Program-made: the position numbers and the translations under genes
Virus record (IMG/VR): IMGVR_UViG_2563366972_000008
Location: 1-39,130 of that record
Strand: one strand, 5' to 3'
DNA: 39,130 nt
Origin: a virus
Lineage: Duplodnaviria > Heunggongvirae > Uroviricota > Caudoviricetes
Part shown: positions 1 to 11,123 of the stretch, in pieces
Layout: the number at the start of each line of letters is the position of its first letter
Position numbering within the stretch: the first letter of the stretch is position 1
The notes under the pieces: generated by a model
Seen by the model: only the letters and a program-made list of their open reading frames with translations
The model's database searches: none
Told to the model about the DNA's origin: nothing

Positions 1-341
1 TGTCTGGTCGCCTCATCTTTTGAAGCAGACGCCGATGATGCCGATGACGCCGCCGAACTGGCGGACGATGCGGCAGCCGTTTTTGAGGATTCTGCGCTGG
101 TTTCCGACGCTTTCGCGTTCGTCTCGGATGTCTTCGCTGCGGAAGCAGACCTTGCTGCTGCGCTGGCCTGTTCAGTGGCTTCGCCAGCCTTCGTTGTGGC
201 TGTTGAAGCAGACGATGCGGCGCTTTCTGCCGATTTTCCGGCGGCGGTGGCACTGGCTGAGGCCTGCCCGGCACTTGTTGACGCGGCACTGGCAGACGAC
301 GCAGCCGCTGTTTTTGAGCCTGCCGCAGCCGAGGCGCTCTG
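1..341 (-). other. In-frame continuation of the tail-fiber reading frame downstream of a TGA stop; Ala/Ser/Thr-rich repeats, runs off the window edge
   Basis: Reverse-strand translation continues in the same frame after the stop at 342-344 with the same low-complexity Ala/Ser-rich composition and no further stop to position 1 (hand translation). Confidence 0.4.
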
Positions 342-1208
342 TCACGCTGCCGTTTCAGAAGACCTGGCGTTTGTCTCGGACGTTTTTGCCGCTTTCGCGG
401 AATTGTCTGCCGCCGTTGCCGAGGAAGCGGCACTACTGGCGCTCGAGGCTGCGCTCGTTTCTGATGATTTTGCCGCCTCTTTTGAAGCCGACGCATCCCT
501 GGCTGAGGTGGCAGCTTCTGACGCCTTCGTGGTCGCGGCGGATGCAGAAGTGGCTGCTGATTGTTGTGACGCTGCCGCATTCGTTTCTGACGTTTTCGCC
601 GCACCGGCACTGGTGGCCGCCGCGCTTTTTGAGGACTCTGCAGCGGCAGCACTTTTTAATGCTTCAGTGGCCTTTGTTGATGCCGTTCCTGCGCTGGAAG
701 ACGCTGACTGAGCCGACGAAGCGGCCTGTCCGGCTGACGTGCTGGCTGCACGTGCTGAATCTGCAGCATCAGTCGCATGGGTTGCCGCCTCACGGGCAGA
801 TGTGCTGGCATCACTGGCTGACTTCTTCGCGGCTGCCGTGTTCTGTGCCACCACGGACGCGTTACGCGCCACCTCTTCCACCATCAGTTCAAAACGGCGC
901 AGTGCCTCAGGACGGGCATCATCCTCCGTCATGGCACCGAGAAAATCATTCAGCGTACCGGGTCGGGAATCTTCATACACGGTGATGGTCCCGGCATGTG
1001 ACGGCGGGAATCCCTCCACCAACAGAATAACGCTGTACTGCCCGTACTCAACGTCCATGCTGTAACGCCCGGCTTCATCCGGATTTTCTGAGGCCAGCGT
1101 GTTCACCACCACCGTGGTGCTGTTACGTTTTGCTTTCAGCTGGATTGTGCAGTTCTGTACCGGTTTTCCTGTGCCGTCTTTCAGTACACCTGAAATCTTT
1201 ACTGCCAT
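342..1208 (-). CDS. stf: Side tail fiber protein (Stf-like) N-terminal portion, ended by an in-frame TGA
   Basis: Translation MAVKISGVLKDGTGKPVQNCTIQLKA... matches the conserved N-terminus of lambdoid side tail fibers as recalled, followed by Ala/Ser-rich repeats. ATG at 1208 preferred over the GTG at 1214 used by the ORF track. Confidence 0.7.
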   Translation of the reverse strand: MAVKISGVLKDGTGKPVQNCTIQLKAKRNSTTVVVNTLASENPDEAGRYSMDVEYGQYSVILLVEGFPPSHAGTITVYEDSRPGTLNDFLGAMTEDDARPEALRRFELMVEEVARNASVVAQNTAAAKKSASDASTSAREAATHATDAADSARAASTSAGQAASSAQSASSSAGTASTKATEALKSAAAAESSKSAAATSAGAAKTSETNAAASQQSAATSASAATTKASEAATSARDASASKEAAKSSETSAASSASSAASSATAADNSAKAAKTSETNARSSETAA

Positions 1209-1219
1209 ATTCACCCCAC

Positions 1220-1245
1220 AAAAAAGCCCGCCTGAACCGGCGGGC
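1220..1245 (-). terminator. Rho-independent terminator downstream of lom
   Basis: GC-rich inverted repeat GCCCGCC/GGCGGGC followed by a U-run on the minus-strand transcript. Confidence 0.5.
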
Positions 1246-1272
1246 TGTCATAACACTGTGTTACCTGGCTAA

Positions 1273-1872
1273 TCAGAATTTATAACCGACACCCACGATG
1301 AAACCGTCAGTGCGCCAGTCACCACTGCCGGAGCCTTCATAAGCAATATCAATGGCCACGGATTCGGTCGGGTTAAACTGCACGCCAGCCCCCCACGCCA
1401 GAGACGTGTTGCTGTGGCGACCGTCATCACTTCCGGTCAGCACATCGTGCTTTTTCCCCTTGTTGTCAGTTACGCGAAGATAATCCCCGGAGAAAGTCGA
1501 CACACGGCTGTAAGCTACACCCGCCATCGCATACGCGCTGAACCATTCATTCACGCGCACAGACGGCCCCGCCATTACGCTGAACCAGCGGTTACGAACG
1601 GAATCTTCATGCCAGCGGGTATCGCTGTAACGGGTCAGCTGGCGATTCTTGTCTCCTGCATAGCTGAATGACGTCACCAGCCCCAGTGTGTCCGTAAACT
1701 CATAACGGTATTTCACGTTAATCCCGTTCAGATCATCGCTGCCGGGGACGTTCGTCGAGGCATGAAGATACCCCGCGCTCAGCGTGGACTGATGTTCAGA
1801 CGCCCATGCAGGCGCACCGGATACGGCCAGACAAATGGCTGCGGACAAAATTGCTGCACAAACTTTACGCAT
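1273..1872 (-). CDS. lom: Lom/Ail-family outer membrane beta-barrel protein
   Basis: 199-aa ORF with signal peptide, alternating beta-strand pattern and C-terminal GYKF; sits after J as in lambda. Confidence 0.9.
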   Translation of the reverse strand: MRKVCAAILSAAICLAVSGAPAWASEHQSTLSAGYLHASTNVPGSDDLNGINVKYRYEFTDTLGLVTSFSYAGDKNRQLTRYSDTRWHEDSVRNRWFSVMAGPSVRVNEWFSAYAMAGVAYSRVSTFSGDYLRVTDNKGKKHDVLTGSDDGRHSNTSLAWGAGVQFNPTESVAIDIAYEGSGSGDWRTDGFIVGVGYKF

Positions 1873-1894
1873 AATTACCTCTCGCTTTTCTGCA

Positions 1895-1927
1895 ATAAAA
1901 AAGGCGTCATTCCTGACGCCCTTTATT
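1895..1927. terminator. Hairpin terminator between J and lom, probably bidirectional
   Basis: Inverted repeat GGCGTCA-ttcc-TGACGCC flanked by an A-run upstream and T-rich tract downstream. Confidence 0.5.
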
Positions 1928-1942
1928 GGGGTTATAAATATT

Positions 1943-4900
1943 TCAACGAATACTGATGCCGGAAGCGGCTTTTTTGGTCACAATCACCGTACAGTCGGTG
2001 ATATTGCCTGCCCCCTGATTGCCTTTCTGGAAAATCTTAAACTCCAGAGTGACGCTTCCCCTGCCACTCGGCATATCAATAACTGCACTGTAACTACCGG
2101 GAATGGCCCCTTTAGTTTCTCTGGATGCGATTAATACGCCGTTTTTGCGAACTTCAAAACCATAACCCGTGTATCGCGTGCCTCCTGGGTTATTTCCGCT
2201 CCCCGGATCGTCATACGCTATACCGTTAAAAATAATGGGCGGAATAATAATCTGGCGGTCAAAGTTATGATCATCGCTGATGGTGACTGTAACCGTACCG
2301 TTTGGTGTTTCCGTGTTACCCCACGTACCGACTTTTTTCGGGAAGGCTTTTGATACAGCTTTAACGAAATCTCCTCTGACCTGGGTCGCCTCCAGCATGC
2401 CCTTAATCGTACAGTTCTGGTTAATCGTGACATTGTTGAGCGTTCCTGAGTTCGCATTCACACTGCCACTGATATCCGCATTTTTCGCCGTCAGTCTCCC
2501 GTCTGATGTCAGGGAAAATGCCGGAGGATTACCGCCGCTGGTAATGGTGGGGGCCGTCAGGCGTTTCAGGAACACTTCATTCATGAATATCTGATCGCCC
2601 TGACCAACAAACATCGGCTTTGTGTTGCCATTCGCAGGATTAATCATCGCAATCCTGTCTGCTGCCAGCAGCACCTGACTCTGCATGCCGTCAGGGGTGT
2701 TCTCAATACCGGCACCGATACCCGCAATATAAAGGCGTCCGTCCTGCATCTGCTGCAGCTTCACTGCCCACATGCTGTTCAGGTTATTATTTGTATCAAC
2801 CTGAACCTTCTGTATCTGCTGGATCGCTGCACTCTGGTCTTCCAGTTTCTTATTGACGGTCTGTGTTATTTCATTGCTGACATCCGTTATGGACGTCCTG
2901 ATTTCAGTCAGGTCAGGCGCAAGCTGACCGTTATCAATCTGCGTCCACAGCTCCTGAGCCAGATGGGTTTTCCCTATCTCGCCTTTGAAAAAATCCAGAT
3001 AGCCTGATGCATCATCACTCGGCTGACCGACAGCCTCCACGAATGCCGATTTGCCAACGGTGTTCACACTGCGAACGTAAAAATAATAATCATGGCCCGG
3101 TTTGATATTGATACTGGCGGCTATCCAGTACAGTGCCGTACCAAGATAACGCGCGCTGGTTTCAACCTGCCTGATATCCGCAATCCGTTTTTCCGAGAAC
3201 CAGAACTCAAACTGTACCGTCGGGTCATAAACCGCAAGATGCGGCGTGGCGGTTATCTGAAAATAGCCCGGTGTCAGCTCAATCCGAGACGGCGCTGCCG
3301 GTGCGGCAATCCGGAACGATACCGATGCCGGATCGCCCTGCTGTCCCCACGCATTTACCGCCCGGACTGTCAGCCTGTAGTTCCCCAACGCCAGTTGTGT
3401 GAAGCGGTATGTGGTTTCCGTCGTCCGGGCCGTGCTGACCAGCCGCTCACTGCCGTCGTCCGCTGTTACGGTCAGACGGAGCAGGAAGCTCACGCCCTTC
3501 ACCACCTTCGGTGTGTCCCAGCGCGCCAGCACCTGATATTCCCCGCTGTCTGCGGTGACTTCGGCAGTCAGGTGCTGCACCGCTGGCGGCGTGACACCAT
3601 TCACCGTGCCGCTCTGGTCGCCGTCAAAGTGCGCCCCGTTATCCACGATGGCCTCTTTTTCCGGCACATGCTGCACGGCAGTGATGGCATACGTGCCGTC
3701 GTCGTTCTCACGGATACTCACACAGCGGAACAGGCGCTGGCGCAACGTCGGCAACTTCAGCCCCCACACGCTGTATTCAGCAACGCCGTCAGGAACACGG
3801 CTCACTTTCACCTTCACGCCGTCGGTGACGGACTGGACCTCCACGCTGACCGGATTACCACCTCCGTCAACCAGGCTTATCAGCGTGGTGCCGGAGGATG
3901 GCAGCGTGATTTCACGGTCGAGCGTCAGCGTCCGGGTCTGGCTGTTCACCGCCAGCACGCGCCCGCCGGTGCTGATACCCGCATAGTCATCATCGCAGAT
4001 TTCAATGACATCCCCCGGTACATGGCGAAGCCCTTCCGCACCCACGCTGAAGTCCACGGTCTGCGTTTCCAGCAGTTCCGTTTTAATCAGCCACAGCCCG
4101 GCGCGGTGCGCCTGCCCCCGACTGGTACAGCCAAAGGCATCCATCTTCGTGACGTTACGACCGTAACGGGCAATGGCCTGCGTGTCCTCCACAAGCTCTG
4201 TCGCCGTCTCCCAGCCGTTATCCGGGTCAATCCAGTTCACCTCAACGGCATTATGGCGGTCCTTCAGGGCGCTGAAGCTGTAGCGGAACGGCGCGCCATC
4301 ATCCGGCATCACCACATTACTGCGGTTATAGGTCCACACCTTATCCGACGGTCGGTCCTGCACAAACGTCAGCGTCTGCCCGTTCCATACCGGCATACAG
4401 CGCATCGCCGAGCAGAAATCACTGAGCACATCCCACGCCTTACGCTGTGTGGTCAGGTACGCATTACAGGTGATGCGCGGCTCCGTGCCGCCAAAGCCGT
4501 CCGGCACTGACTGGTCGCAATTCTGGCCGATGACATACAGCGCCCATTTATCCACATCCGCCGCACCAAGACGTTTCCCCATGCCGTAGCGCGGATGGGT
4601 CAGCATATCCCACAGACACCAGGCCATGTTGTTGCTGTATGCCGGTTTAAACGTTCCGTCCCAGATACCGCTGTATTGCCGCGTCTGCGGGTTATAGTTC
4701 GACGGCACCTGCAGAATACGCCCGCGCAGATGATAATTACGGCTCACCTGCTGGCTGCCGAACTGCTCCGAATCCACCTGTACGCCGACCAGTGCCGTGT
4801 TCGGGTAGCACTGTTTCACATCGATGATTTCGGTGTATGACGACCAGAGCGTTTTGTTCTGCAGCTGGTCTGTGGTGCTGTCCGGCGTCATCCTGCGCAT

Positions 4901-5440
4901 CCGTATACTGAACGGGCGCGGCGGCAGGTTACCCACCACCACCGAGGCCAGATACTGCGAGGTGGTTTTGCCCTTAATGGTGATGTCTTTTTCCGTCACC
5001 CAGCCACCATTACGCTGTATCTGAACCAGCAGGCGGACTTCCGACGGATTCCTGTCCCCCTTTGAGGTGGTTTCCACCAGTGCCTGCACGCCGAAGGTAA
5101 AACGCAGTCGGTCAATGTTTGCCGACGTGATGGTCCAGGTGATCGGCGTGTCGTATTTCACTTCCGTACCCAGCACCGTCTCGGAACCGGAGGATTCAAA
5201 CCCCTCCGGCGGAGTCTGCTCCTGCTCACCTGCCCGGAACACCACCGTGACGCCGGATATATTGGTATTCCCCTCACTGTCCAGCACCGGCGTACTGTTC
5301 AGCAGCACGCTTTTTAATCCATCCACCGGACCTTCAATCGGCCCTTCGCTGATGGCATCGATCACACTCAGCAGCTGCGTGGACTTCAGGTTGTCCTTCG
5401 CTTCGCGCGGGGTATGCCCCTTACTGCTGCCTTTACCCAT
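1943..5440 (-). CDS. J: Tail tip / host specificity protein J
   Basis: 1165-aa ORF in the J position between I and lom; size and context match the lambda central tail fiber. Confidence 0.9.
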   Translation of the reverse strand: MGKGSSKGHTPREAKDNLKSTQLLSVIDAISEGPIEGPVDGLKSVLLNSTPVLDSEGNTNISGVTVVFRAGEQEQTPPEGFESSGSETVLGTEVKYDTPITWTITSANIDRLRFTFGVQALVETTSKGDRNPSEVRLLVQIQRNGGWVTEKDITIKGKTTSQYLASVVVGNLPPRPFSIRMRRMTPDSTTDQLQNKTLWSSYTEIIDVKQCYPNTALVGVQVDSEQFGSQQVSRNYHLRGRILQVPSNYNPQTRQYSGIWDGTFKPAYSNNMAWCLWDMLTHPRYGMGKRLGAADVDKWALYVIGQNCDQSVPDGFGGTEPRITCNAYLTTQRKAWDVLSDFCSAMRCMPVWNGQTLTFVQDRPSDKVWTYNRSNVVMPDDGAPFRYSFSALKDRHNAVEVNWIDPDNGWETATELVEDTQAIARYGRNVTKMDAFGCTSRGQAHRAGLWLIKTELLETQTVDFSVGAEGLRHVPGDVIEICDDDYAGISTGGRVLAVNSQTRTLTLDREITLPSSGTTLISLVDGGGNPVSVEVQSVTDGVKVKVSRVPDGVAEYSVWGLKLPTLRQRLFRCVSIRENDDGTYAITAVQHVPEKEAIVDNGAHFDGDQSGTVNGVTPPAVQHLTAEVTADSGEYQVLARWDTPKVVKGVSFLLRLTVTADDGSERLVSTARTTETTYRFTQLALGNYRLTVRAVNAWGQQGDPASVSFRIAAPAAPSRIELTPGYFQITATPHLAVYDPTVQFEFWFSEKRIADIRQVETSARYLGTALYWIAASINIKPGHDYYFYVRSVNTVGKSAFVEAVGQPSDDASGYLDFFKGEIGKTHLAQELWTQIDNGQLAPDLTEIRTSITDVSNEITQTVNKKLEDQSAAIQQIQKVQVDTNNNLNSMWAVKLQQMQDGRLYIAGIGAGIENTPDGMQSQVLLAADRIAMINPANGNTKPMFVGQGDQIFMNEVFLKRLTAPTITSGGNPPAFSLTSDGRLTAKNADISGSVNANSGTLNNVTINQNCTIKGMLEATQVRGDFVKAVSKAFPKKVGTWGNTETPNGTVTVTISDDHNFDRQIIIPPIIFNGIAYDDPGSGNNPGGTRYTGYGFEVRKNGVLIASRETKGAIPGSYSAVIDMPSGRGSVTLEFKIFQKGNQGAGNITDCTVIVTKKAASGISIR

Positions 5441-5500
5441 TCGTCATGCTCCATAAACGATAAAACCGCCCGGAGGCGGTTTCACATAAAACATTTTGCA

Positions 5501-6172
5501 TCAGCGACCAATCACCACAACCTGACCACCGTCCCCTTCGTCTGCCGTGCTGATCTCCTGAGAAACCACCCGCGACCCCACACGCATTTCACCGTACAGA
5601 ACAGGCAAAACATTGCCCTGGGCAACCATGTTATCCAGTGAGGAGAAATAGGTGTTCTGTTTGCCGTTATCTGTACTGGCTGCCGTGGGCGTCCTGGCTT
5701 TCGGTGCCAGCATCTGCGCCACACCACCGAGCACCATACTGGCACCGAGAGAAAACAGGATGCCGGTCATACCACCGGCCCCAATGGCTGCCCCCCATGC
5801 TGCAAGGGTGGCTCCGGCAGTAAAGAATGATCCGGCAATGGCGGCAGCCCCCAGAACAATCTGGAATACGCCCCCTGACTTGGCCCCGGCGACTCTGGGA
5901 ACAATATGAATCACAGCGCCGTCAGGCAGAGTCTCATGTAACTGCGCCGTTAACCCGGACGTGCTGACGTCCCGCCCGGCAATCCGTACCTGATACCAGC
6001 CGTCGCTCAGTTTCTGACGAAACGCCGGGAGCTGTGTGGCCAGTGCGCGGATGGCTTCAGCCCCCGTTTTCACACGAAGGTCGATGCGGCGGCCAAATCG
6101 TTGCAAATCCCCGTAAAGGCAGATGCGTGCCATTCCCGGTGACGCCAGAGGGAGTGTGTGCGTCGCTGCCAT
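5501..6172 (-). CDS. I: Tail assembly protein I
   Basis: 223-aa ORF with Gly/Ala-rich hydrophobic C-terminal half, between K and J as in lambda. Confidence 0.8.
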   Translation of the reverse strand: MAATHTLPLASPGMARICLYGDLQRFGRRIDLRVKTGAEAIRALATQLPAFRQKLSDGWYQVRIAGRDVSTSGLTAQLHETLPDGAVIHIVPRVAGAKSGGVFQIVLGAAAIAGSFFTAGATLAAWGAAIGAGGMTGILFSLGASMVLGGVAQMLAPKARTPTAASTDNGKQNTYFSSLDNMVAQGNVLPVLYGEMRVGSRVVSQEISTADEGDGGQVVVIGR

Positions 6173-6822
6173 TTGTCGGTATACCTCTCTCGTTTGCTCA
6201 GTTGTTCAGGAATATGGTGCAGCAGCTCGCCGTCACCACAGTAAATGGCGGCATGATTCGGCACCGATGAACCAAAGCAGCACAGCAGCACATCGCCCGG
6301 TTGTGCTGATGACAACGCCACCTGATACAGCCCTGTGGCCTCCAGATTATCCAGATAGAGATTCTGACCGTGACGCCACCAGTCATCCTCGCGATGAAAA
6401 TCCGGCATCTCAATCCCCGCCAGATGGTAAGCATCCCGGAACAGCGTGTAACAGTCCGTCACCCCGTGCTCAAAGCGCCGCCCGGAAAGATGTGGCACAC
6501 AGCGGAACTTGTGAATCGCCCCCCGGCAAACCAGCCACCACGGCAAATCACTCTGCACCTGCAGCCGCCGGTCGGTCTCACTCAGCCAGGGCAGACCACC
6601 GGGGTGGCTGTGGACCAGCGCCACAATCTCTCCCTGCATTTCTGCACTCAGCCAGTCCTCCGGCGACATCCGGAAATACGCCTCCGGCTCACCGGATATA
6701 TTCACGCAGGGAAAATATCTTTCCCCCTCCGGTGTTCTCACCACGAAGCCACACGACTCCGCTGGCGCACATCGCCGGGCGTGCGCCAGAATCGCTGATT
6801 CTGTCTCTGTCATGGGATTCAC
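6070..6822 (-). CDS. K: Tail assembly protein K (NlpC/P60 and JAMM-like)
   Basis: Translation MTETESAILAHARRC...HSHPGG matches lambda K as recalled; true start probably the ATG giving MTETES. Confidence 0.8.
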   Translation of the reverse strand: MNPMTETESAILAHARRCAPAESCGFVVRTPEGERYFPCVNISGEPEAYFRMSPEDWLSAEMQGEIVALVHSHPGGLPWLSETDRRLQVQSDLPWWLVCRGAIHKFRCVPHLSGRRFEHGVTDCYTLFRDAYHLAGIEMPDFHREDDWWRHGQNLYLDNLEATGLYQVALSSAQPGDVLLCCFGSSVPNHAAIYCGDGELLHHIPEQLSKRERYTDKWQRRTHSLWRHREWHASAFTGICNDLAAASTFV

Positions 6823-7517
6823 TGCGAAAGTTTGTTAATGGAAAGGAAGCCGCCAAAGTTGCCGACGTTATTGCGAAACTTACAGCCACTCAGGCATTTG
6901 CTACATTTATCCTTCGTGATATCGGACGTTGGCTGGTCATATTCATCCGCGACAGCCGGGCCATCATAACCGCACTCATCGCCGCGGTAGATCCAGGTGC
7001 AGGTGTTGGCCAGCATGATGCGCCCCGGAAAAACAGCGCCATCCGTTTCCGTCGGTGTGGACAGCACAAAAGAGGCACTGACCGCGCTCAGTTCGCTGCA
7101 CTGTTCGATGCGCCAGCGGCTGATCACCTCCTGCTCCGGATCGGCGTCACTGTTTCCGTTGACGAAGTTCACCGCATCCAGAAAACGGGCGTAAACCTTA
7201 CGCCGGACCACCGTTCCGCCGACCAGACTCTGCAGATCTTCCGCCATCCCGGTGACCATGCCGTACAGATTAGAGACTTTCAGCGTTGGCCTTGCACTGG
7301 CTCCTTTGCCGTTCATCTCAAATCCGCTTCCATGAATGGGATAGGCCTGATACTGCCGCCCCTGCCAGGTGACTGGTTCACCTTTTTCGTTCTGCTCATT
7401 ACAGAAGAAATAACGATCTCCGCCGACCTCTGTCAGATCAATTTCCCAGAGCACGACCAGCGCGGATTGCTCCGTTTTAGTGCACTCATTGAGTGTTTCC
7501 TGCTGTATATCCTGCAT
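6819..7517 (-). CDS. L: Minor tail protein L
   Basis: 232-aa translation MQDIQQETLNECTKTEQSALVVLWEIDLTEVGG... is near-identical to lambda L as recalled. Confidence 0.9.
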   Translation of the reverse strand: MQDIQQETLNECTKTEQSALVVLWEIDLTEVGGDRYFFCNEQNEKGEPVTWQGRQYQAYPIHGSGFEMNGKGASARPTLKVSNLYGMVTGMAEDLQSLVGGTVVRRKVYARFLDAVNFVNGNSDADPEQEVISRWRIEQCSELSAVSASFVLSTPTETDGAVFPGRIMLANTCTWIYRGDECGYDGPAVADEYDQPTSDITKDKCSKCLSGCKFRNNVGNFGGFLSINKLSQ

Positions 7518-7873
7518 CAGTGAGTGACCTCTTCAAAGGTACAGTTAAAATCGGTATACATGGCATTATCCGAAATGCTCCACTCCCTGCAGACAACCCG
7601 GACAGTCCTGTTGTGTTTTGGCGGACGCCACAAAAAAGCACGAATCCCGGCATGACGGGATAAAAAACTGTCCAGCGCGGCACGGGAATATTCATCTGTG
7701 ACACGAAATACCGGTTTAAACGTTTTCAGATCCGCATTCAGACCACCAGCCCGTCGCTGTTCATATCCGTCACCAAACTTTACCGTAATAACTGATGGCT
7801 TTCGTGTCGTCTCCATCCCCTCACGGGGGATCCAGTTAAAAACTTCAGGCTCAGGCACTGTACAATCCTCCAT
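7517..7873 (-). CDS. M: Minor tail protein M
   Basis: Conserved FNWIPREGM...VKFGDGY resembles lambda M. Start uncertain: ATG 7873 fits the alignment, ATG 7816 has the better RBS. Confidence 0.7.
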   Translation of the reverse strand: MEDCTVPEPEVFNWIPREGMETTRKPSVITVKFGDGYEQRRAGGLNADLKTFKPVFRVTDEYSRAALDSFLSRHAGIRAFLWRPPKHNRTVRVVCREWSISDNAMYTDFNCTFEEVTH

Positions 7874-10800
7874 CCCGACGCGATGACTGCATAATTGACA
7901 CAACCCTGCTGTCGATCAGATCCACCAGTCCCCTGGCTGAGCGCGCATCTATCTCGCCATTGCTCCCTTGATTCTGAATGCTGATGTGATACACGGGAGA
8001 ATAAACAAATCCACCGCCACCATTCACATTTCCAATGGCCCTGACCCCAAGAGAGCCGTCCGCTGCCCGTGTCAGTGGCATGATTGCTTCAGGCCCGGCC
8101 TCGCCCATCAACCCGGCACCTTTCGCAAAAGCAAAATACGTCGGTGTATCCACAATAGTGTTACTGTAAGCACTCAGATTTGCCGATGTGTAAACACCAC
8201 CTTTTGCGTTTGCCACTGCCCCCGAAATCCATCCGCCGACCGTACCAAGCCACCCTCCGGCACCGGAGAGTGATTTCAGTCCGTTAACAATGGCTGCATT
8301 CATCAGAATTTTTGAAACTTCCCGGAGAACTGAACTCCCCCAGTTCCTCCAGTCCACAACATTCCCGGCCAGTGCATCGGAAATATTTGATACCAGCCCG
8401 TCCATCGTGGAAACGACAGCATCTGCCGCCTGTGAAGCATAATCGGTGGCACTGTCTGCCCAGTTGGTCAGTCCCTCCTGGAGTCCGGCATTCCAGTTAT
8501 TACGTAAAGCATCGGCCTTTGCATAATAATCCTGCTGATCGCTGAGACGCTCTTCCAGATATTTTTTATTCAGTTCTTTCTCCTGTTTCCACAGGGCTTC
8601 TTCAATTTCTCCGGCCTGATACTGTCTCAGCAGCTCGTTATTTTTCTGCTCAAACGCCTGCCGGATACTCCACATTTCCTGGAGTCGTTCACGCATCCGT
8701 GAGCCTTCACCATATCCCAGCAACTGCGCTTCGTCAGATGCCCGGGCACTGGCATTACTGTCCGCCAGACTGCTCTCATACGCAGCAAGCTGCTCACGAA
8801 TCTTTTTCTGGTCGATGAGTGCTGCATTCTGCAAAAGCGTTTTTTTCTGCGCTTCTGACAGGGTTGATAATTCGCCCTGACTGACCTGATATTTCATCTT
8901 AGCCAGTTCAGTATTCTGCCCTGCCAGTGCTATCTGCTCTTTCTGCTGTTTAATCAGCCGTTTATAAATATCTTCTGTTTTTTCCGCTTCGGTCTTTTTA
9001 TGCGCTTTGGGTTTATTTGCCTGGTTATTTCGCCATGCATCCAGTGAATTATTAATATAATTCAGTCTTGCTGTCTGATATGCCTCTCCCACAAAGCCGA
9101 GATCATCCGCAGCATAACCCAGGCGGGCACGCTCACGGGCTTCCCCCTTCAGGCGGGACAGAGCCAGTTCGCGCTCGCTGTTATTCAGTGCTGTCTGCTG
9201 TTTATCATCCAGGGTGGCCTGTGGCAGCCGTAATGGTACATTCACCAGCCCCTGACGCTGCTGAAGTAACTCATTACCAAGCCCGAGAAGGTGATTAAAC
9301 TCAGTGTACTGACCATTCATGATCAACAGGGACTGATACGCTTTATTTTGCTCCGCCGCCTGTTGACGAATCAACGCCACCCGTCGCTCCTCCAGCCCGG
9401 CAAGCACATCCTGAATGGATTGCGCTTTGCCCTGCATTTGAGTGAGGCGAGACTGTTCAACTGCCAGTTGATTTGTTGCTTCTGCAAGCCCTTCTGTGAC
9501 AGTTTTTACCGACGTCATGTGGTTAATCATAAAACCGTTATCGGTTGTCCAGCCCGGGTTTGCCAGCACATACTGATAGCCAGCAATTTTTTCCTGTAAG
9601 GATTTAATCTTACTTTTCTGCTCGTCAATTAACCTGTTTTGCTCATCAAGTGCCTGCCGCGTCTTTTCCTCATTATCTGACGCTTCAGGAAGCGACATTG
9701 CCGACGTTTTCTGGCGAATTTCGTCGATTGTTGCGGCATACTGGCGTGCAGATTCTCTGGCCTGCTCCTGATTCTGATACATCGTGTACCAGGCCGCGGC
9801 TCCCAGCATGACAAGCCCCGGCACACCCCCAACCAGCCCCAGTGCCCCACTTAACAAACGGCTCCCCACTGACGTGACAGTATTCAGCGTTGTCTGTGCT
9901 GCTGTTCTGGCCGCAATATTACGGGTAAGTGATGCCTGGGCAGCAGCCAGTTTCGCTTCTGCGGCTGCCTGCCTTTCTGTACCACGGGTAGCCACAACTG
10001 CCTGTTGCGCACGATAAACCGCCGCACGCGCCCTGGCTGTTGCTATCTGTGTCCCCCGGAGTTGCGCTTCCGCAAGAGCCACTTCGTTTCTGGCTGCAGT
10101 AATTAATCCGGCAGTTGCAGATCCAGCAGAAGACGCCATATTGCCAAAATATCGGGCTACCCCGACGGCAACCAGAGCACCGGCAGCGGTTGCCACGGTG
10201 TCAATATTGCCTGCAATACCATTCAGCACACCGGAGAGCGTCTTCGTCACTCCGCTTGCCTCGTTCGCACCACCAACCCAGGCCATAAAGGCGTTTTCAA
10301 CTTTGGTTGCAGAGGATGAAACCGTATCAGGCATTGCCGCATATTCATCACGTAATGCCCCAAGCTGACTAATCAGTGCAGGAACAACCTTATCGGTGGT
10401 CAGTTTTCCGTTATCCGCCATGGCCTTCAGATCCTTACGGGCAACACCCATTCCCGCAGCCAGCGCACGAATAACACGATCGCCGTTCTCATTCACCGAG
10501 TTAAACTCTTCACCGCGCAGCACTCCCTGCGCCAGTGCCTGACTGAACTGCGTGATCACCGAACTGGCTTCTGCTGTACTGGCACCGGATAAATTCAGGC
10601 CCGTGGAGATCGCCTCGGTGACTTTCAGTACTTCCTCAGAACTGTAACCATACTCCCGCATGGAAGCTGCAGAACGGGCAAAAAGGCGTGCGTTATCAGA
10701 AAACGCCGTCCCCGTTTTCTGGCTGATCGCCATTAATTCACGCTGTGATGCCTGAAAATCATCACTGGACTGTGAGGCCTGCTTCAGACGGGCATTTACT

Positions 10801-11084
10801 GAACTCCATTCATCCGCAAGAGATATAAGATGTCCAGTGGCAAAAGCACCGGCAAATGCGCCAGCCATGTTCAGTGCCGAAGATTTAGCTGTATTTATCT
10901 GATCCGTCACTTCTGCCAGTGCACGCCGCATTTCACGGGATGCAGCAGCGGACTGCCGGCCTCCGTTCTGCATGGTACGGTAGTAATCCTGCCCCATACG
11001 CGAAGCCCGGGAGATCTCTGACTGGAATGACCGGGAATTTGCCGAGATTTTAATAATCAGTTCACGTAATGTCGCCACACTCAT
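7851..11084 (-). CDS. H: Tail tape measure protein (H-like)
   Basis: 1077-aa ORF, Ala/Gln-rich and coiled-coil-like, between the G/T chaperone and M. Confidence 0.9.
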   Translation of the reverse strand: MSVATLRELIIKISANSRSFQSEISRASRMGQDYYRTMQNGGRQSAAASREMRRALAEVTDQINTAKSSALNMAGAFAGAFATGHLISLADEWSSVNARLKQASQSSDDFQASQRELMAISQKTGTAFSDNARLFARSAASMREYGYSSEEVLKVTEAISTGLNLSGASTAEASSVITQFSQALAQGVLRGEEFNSVNENGDRVIRALAAGMGVARKDLKAMADNGKLTTDKVVPALISQLGALRDEYAAMPDTVSSSATKVENAFMAWVGGANEASGVTKTLSGVLNGIAGNIDTVATAAGALVAVGVARYFGNMASSAGSATAGLITAARNEVALAEAQLRGTQIATARARAAVYRAQQAVVATRGTERQAAAEAKLAAAQASLTRNIAARTAAQTTLNTVTSVGSRLLSGALGLVGGVPGLVMLGAAAWYTMYQNQEQARESARQYAATIDEIRQKTSAMSLPEASDNEEKTRQALDEQNRLIDEQKSKIKSLQEKIAGYQYVLANPGWTTDNGFMINHMTSVKTVTEGLAEATNQLAVEQSRLTQMQGKAQSIQDVLAGLEERRVALIRQQAAEQNKAYQSLLIMNGQYTEFNHLLGLGNELLQQRQGLVNVPLRLPQATLDDKQQTALNNSERELALSRLKGEARERARLGYAADDLGFVGEAYQTARLNYINNSLDAWRNNQANKPKAHKKTEAEKTEDIYKRLIKQQKEQIALAGQNTELAKMKYQVSQGELSTLSEAQKKTLLQNAALIDQKKIREQLAAYESSLADSNASARASDEAQLLGYGEGSRMRERLQEMWSIRQAFEQKNNELLRQYQAGEIEEALWKQEKELNKKYLEERLSDQQDYYAKADALRNNWNAGLQEGLTNWADSATDYASQAADAVVSTMDGLVSNISDALAGNVVDWRNWGSSVLREVSKILMNAAIVNGLKSLSGAGGWLGTVGGWISGAVANAKGGVYTSANLSAYSNTIVDTPTYFAFAKGAGLMGEAGPEAIMPLTRAADGSLGVRAIGNVNGGGGFVYSPVYHISIQNQGSNGEIDARSARGLVDLIDSRVVSIMQSSRRDGGLYSA

Positions 11085-11123
11085 TCTCCGGACGAAAAAA
11101 ACCGCCGAAGCGGTTATGTTGAC

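Noticed and set aside
20-985. 321-aa and nested 178-aa plus-strand ORFs over the stf repeats
   Set aside because: Repetitive Ala/Ser-encoding DNA is open in several frames on both strands; the minus-strand frame is the one with tail-fiber similarity.
3092-4510. 472-aa plus-strand ORF
   Set aside because: Lies entirely antisense within the J gene; Arg/Pro/His-rich composition typical of a GC-rich antisense frame, with no RBS or operon context.
5414-5909. Short plus-strand ORFs (75, 61 and 85 aa)
   Set aside because: Antisense to the tail assembly protein I gene and the J/I junction; no independent signals.
6123-7523. 466-aa plus-strand ORF
   Set aside because: Antisense to the conserved K and L tail genes; low-complexity Pro/Ala/Arg-rich translation.
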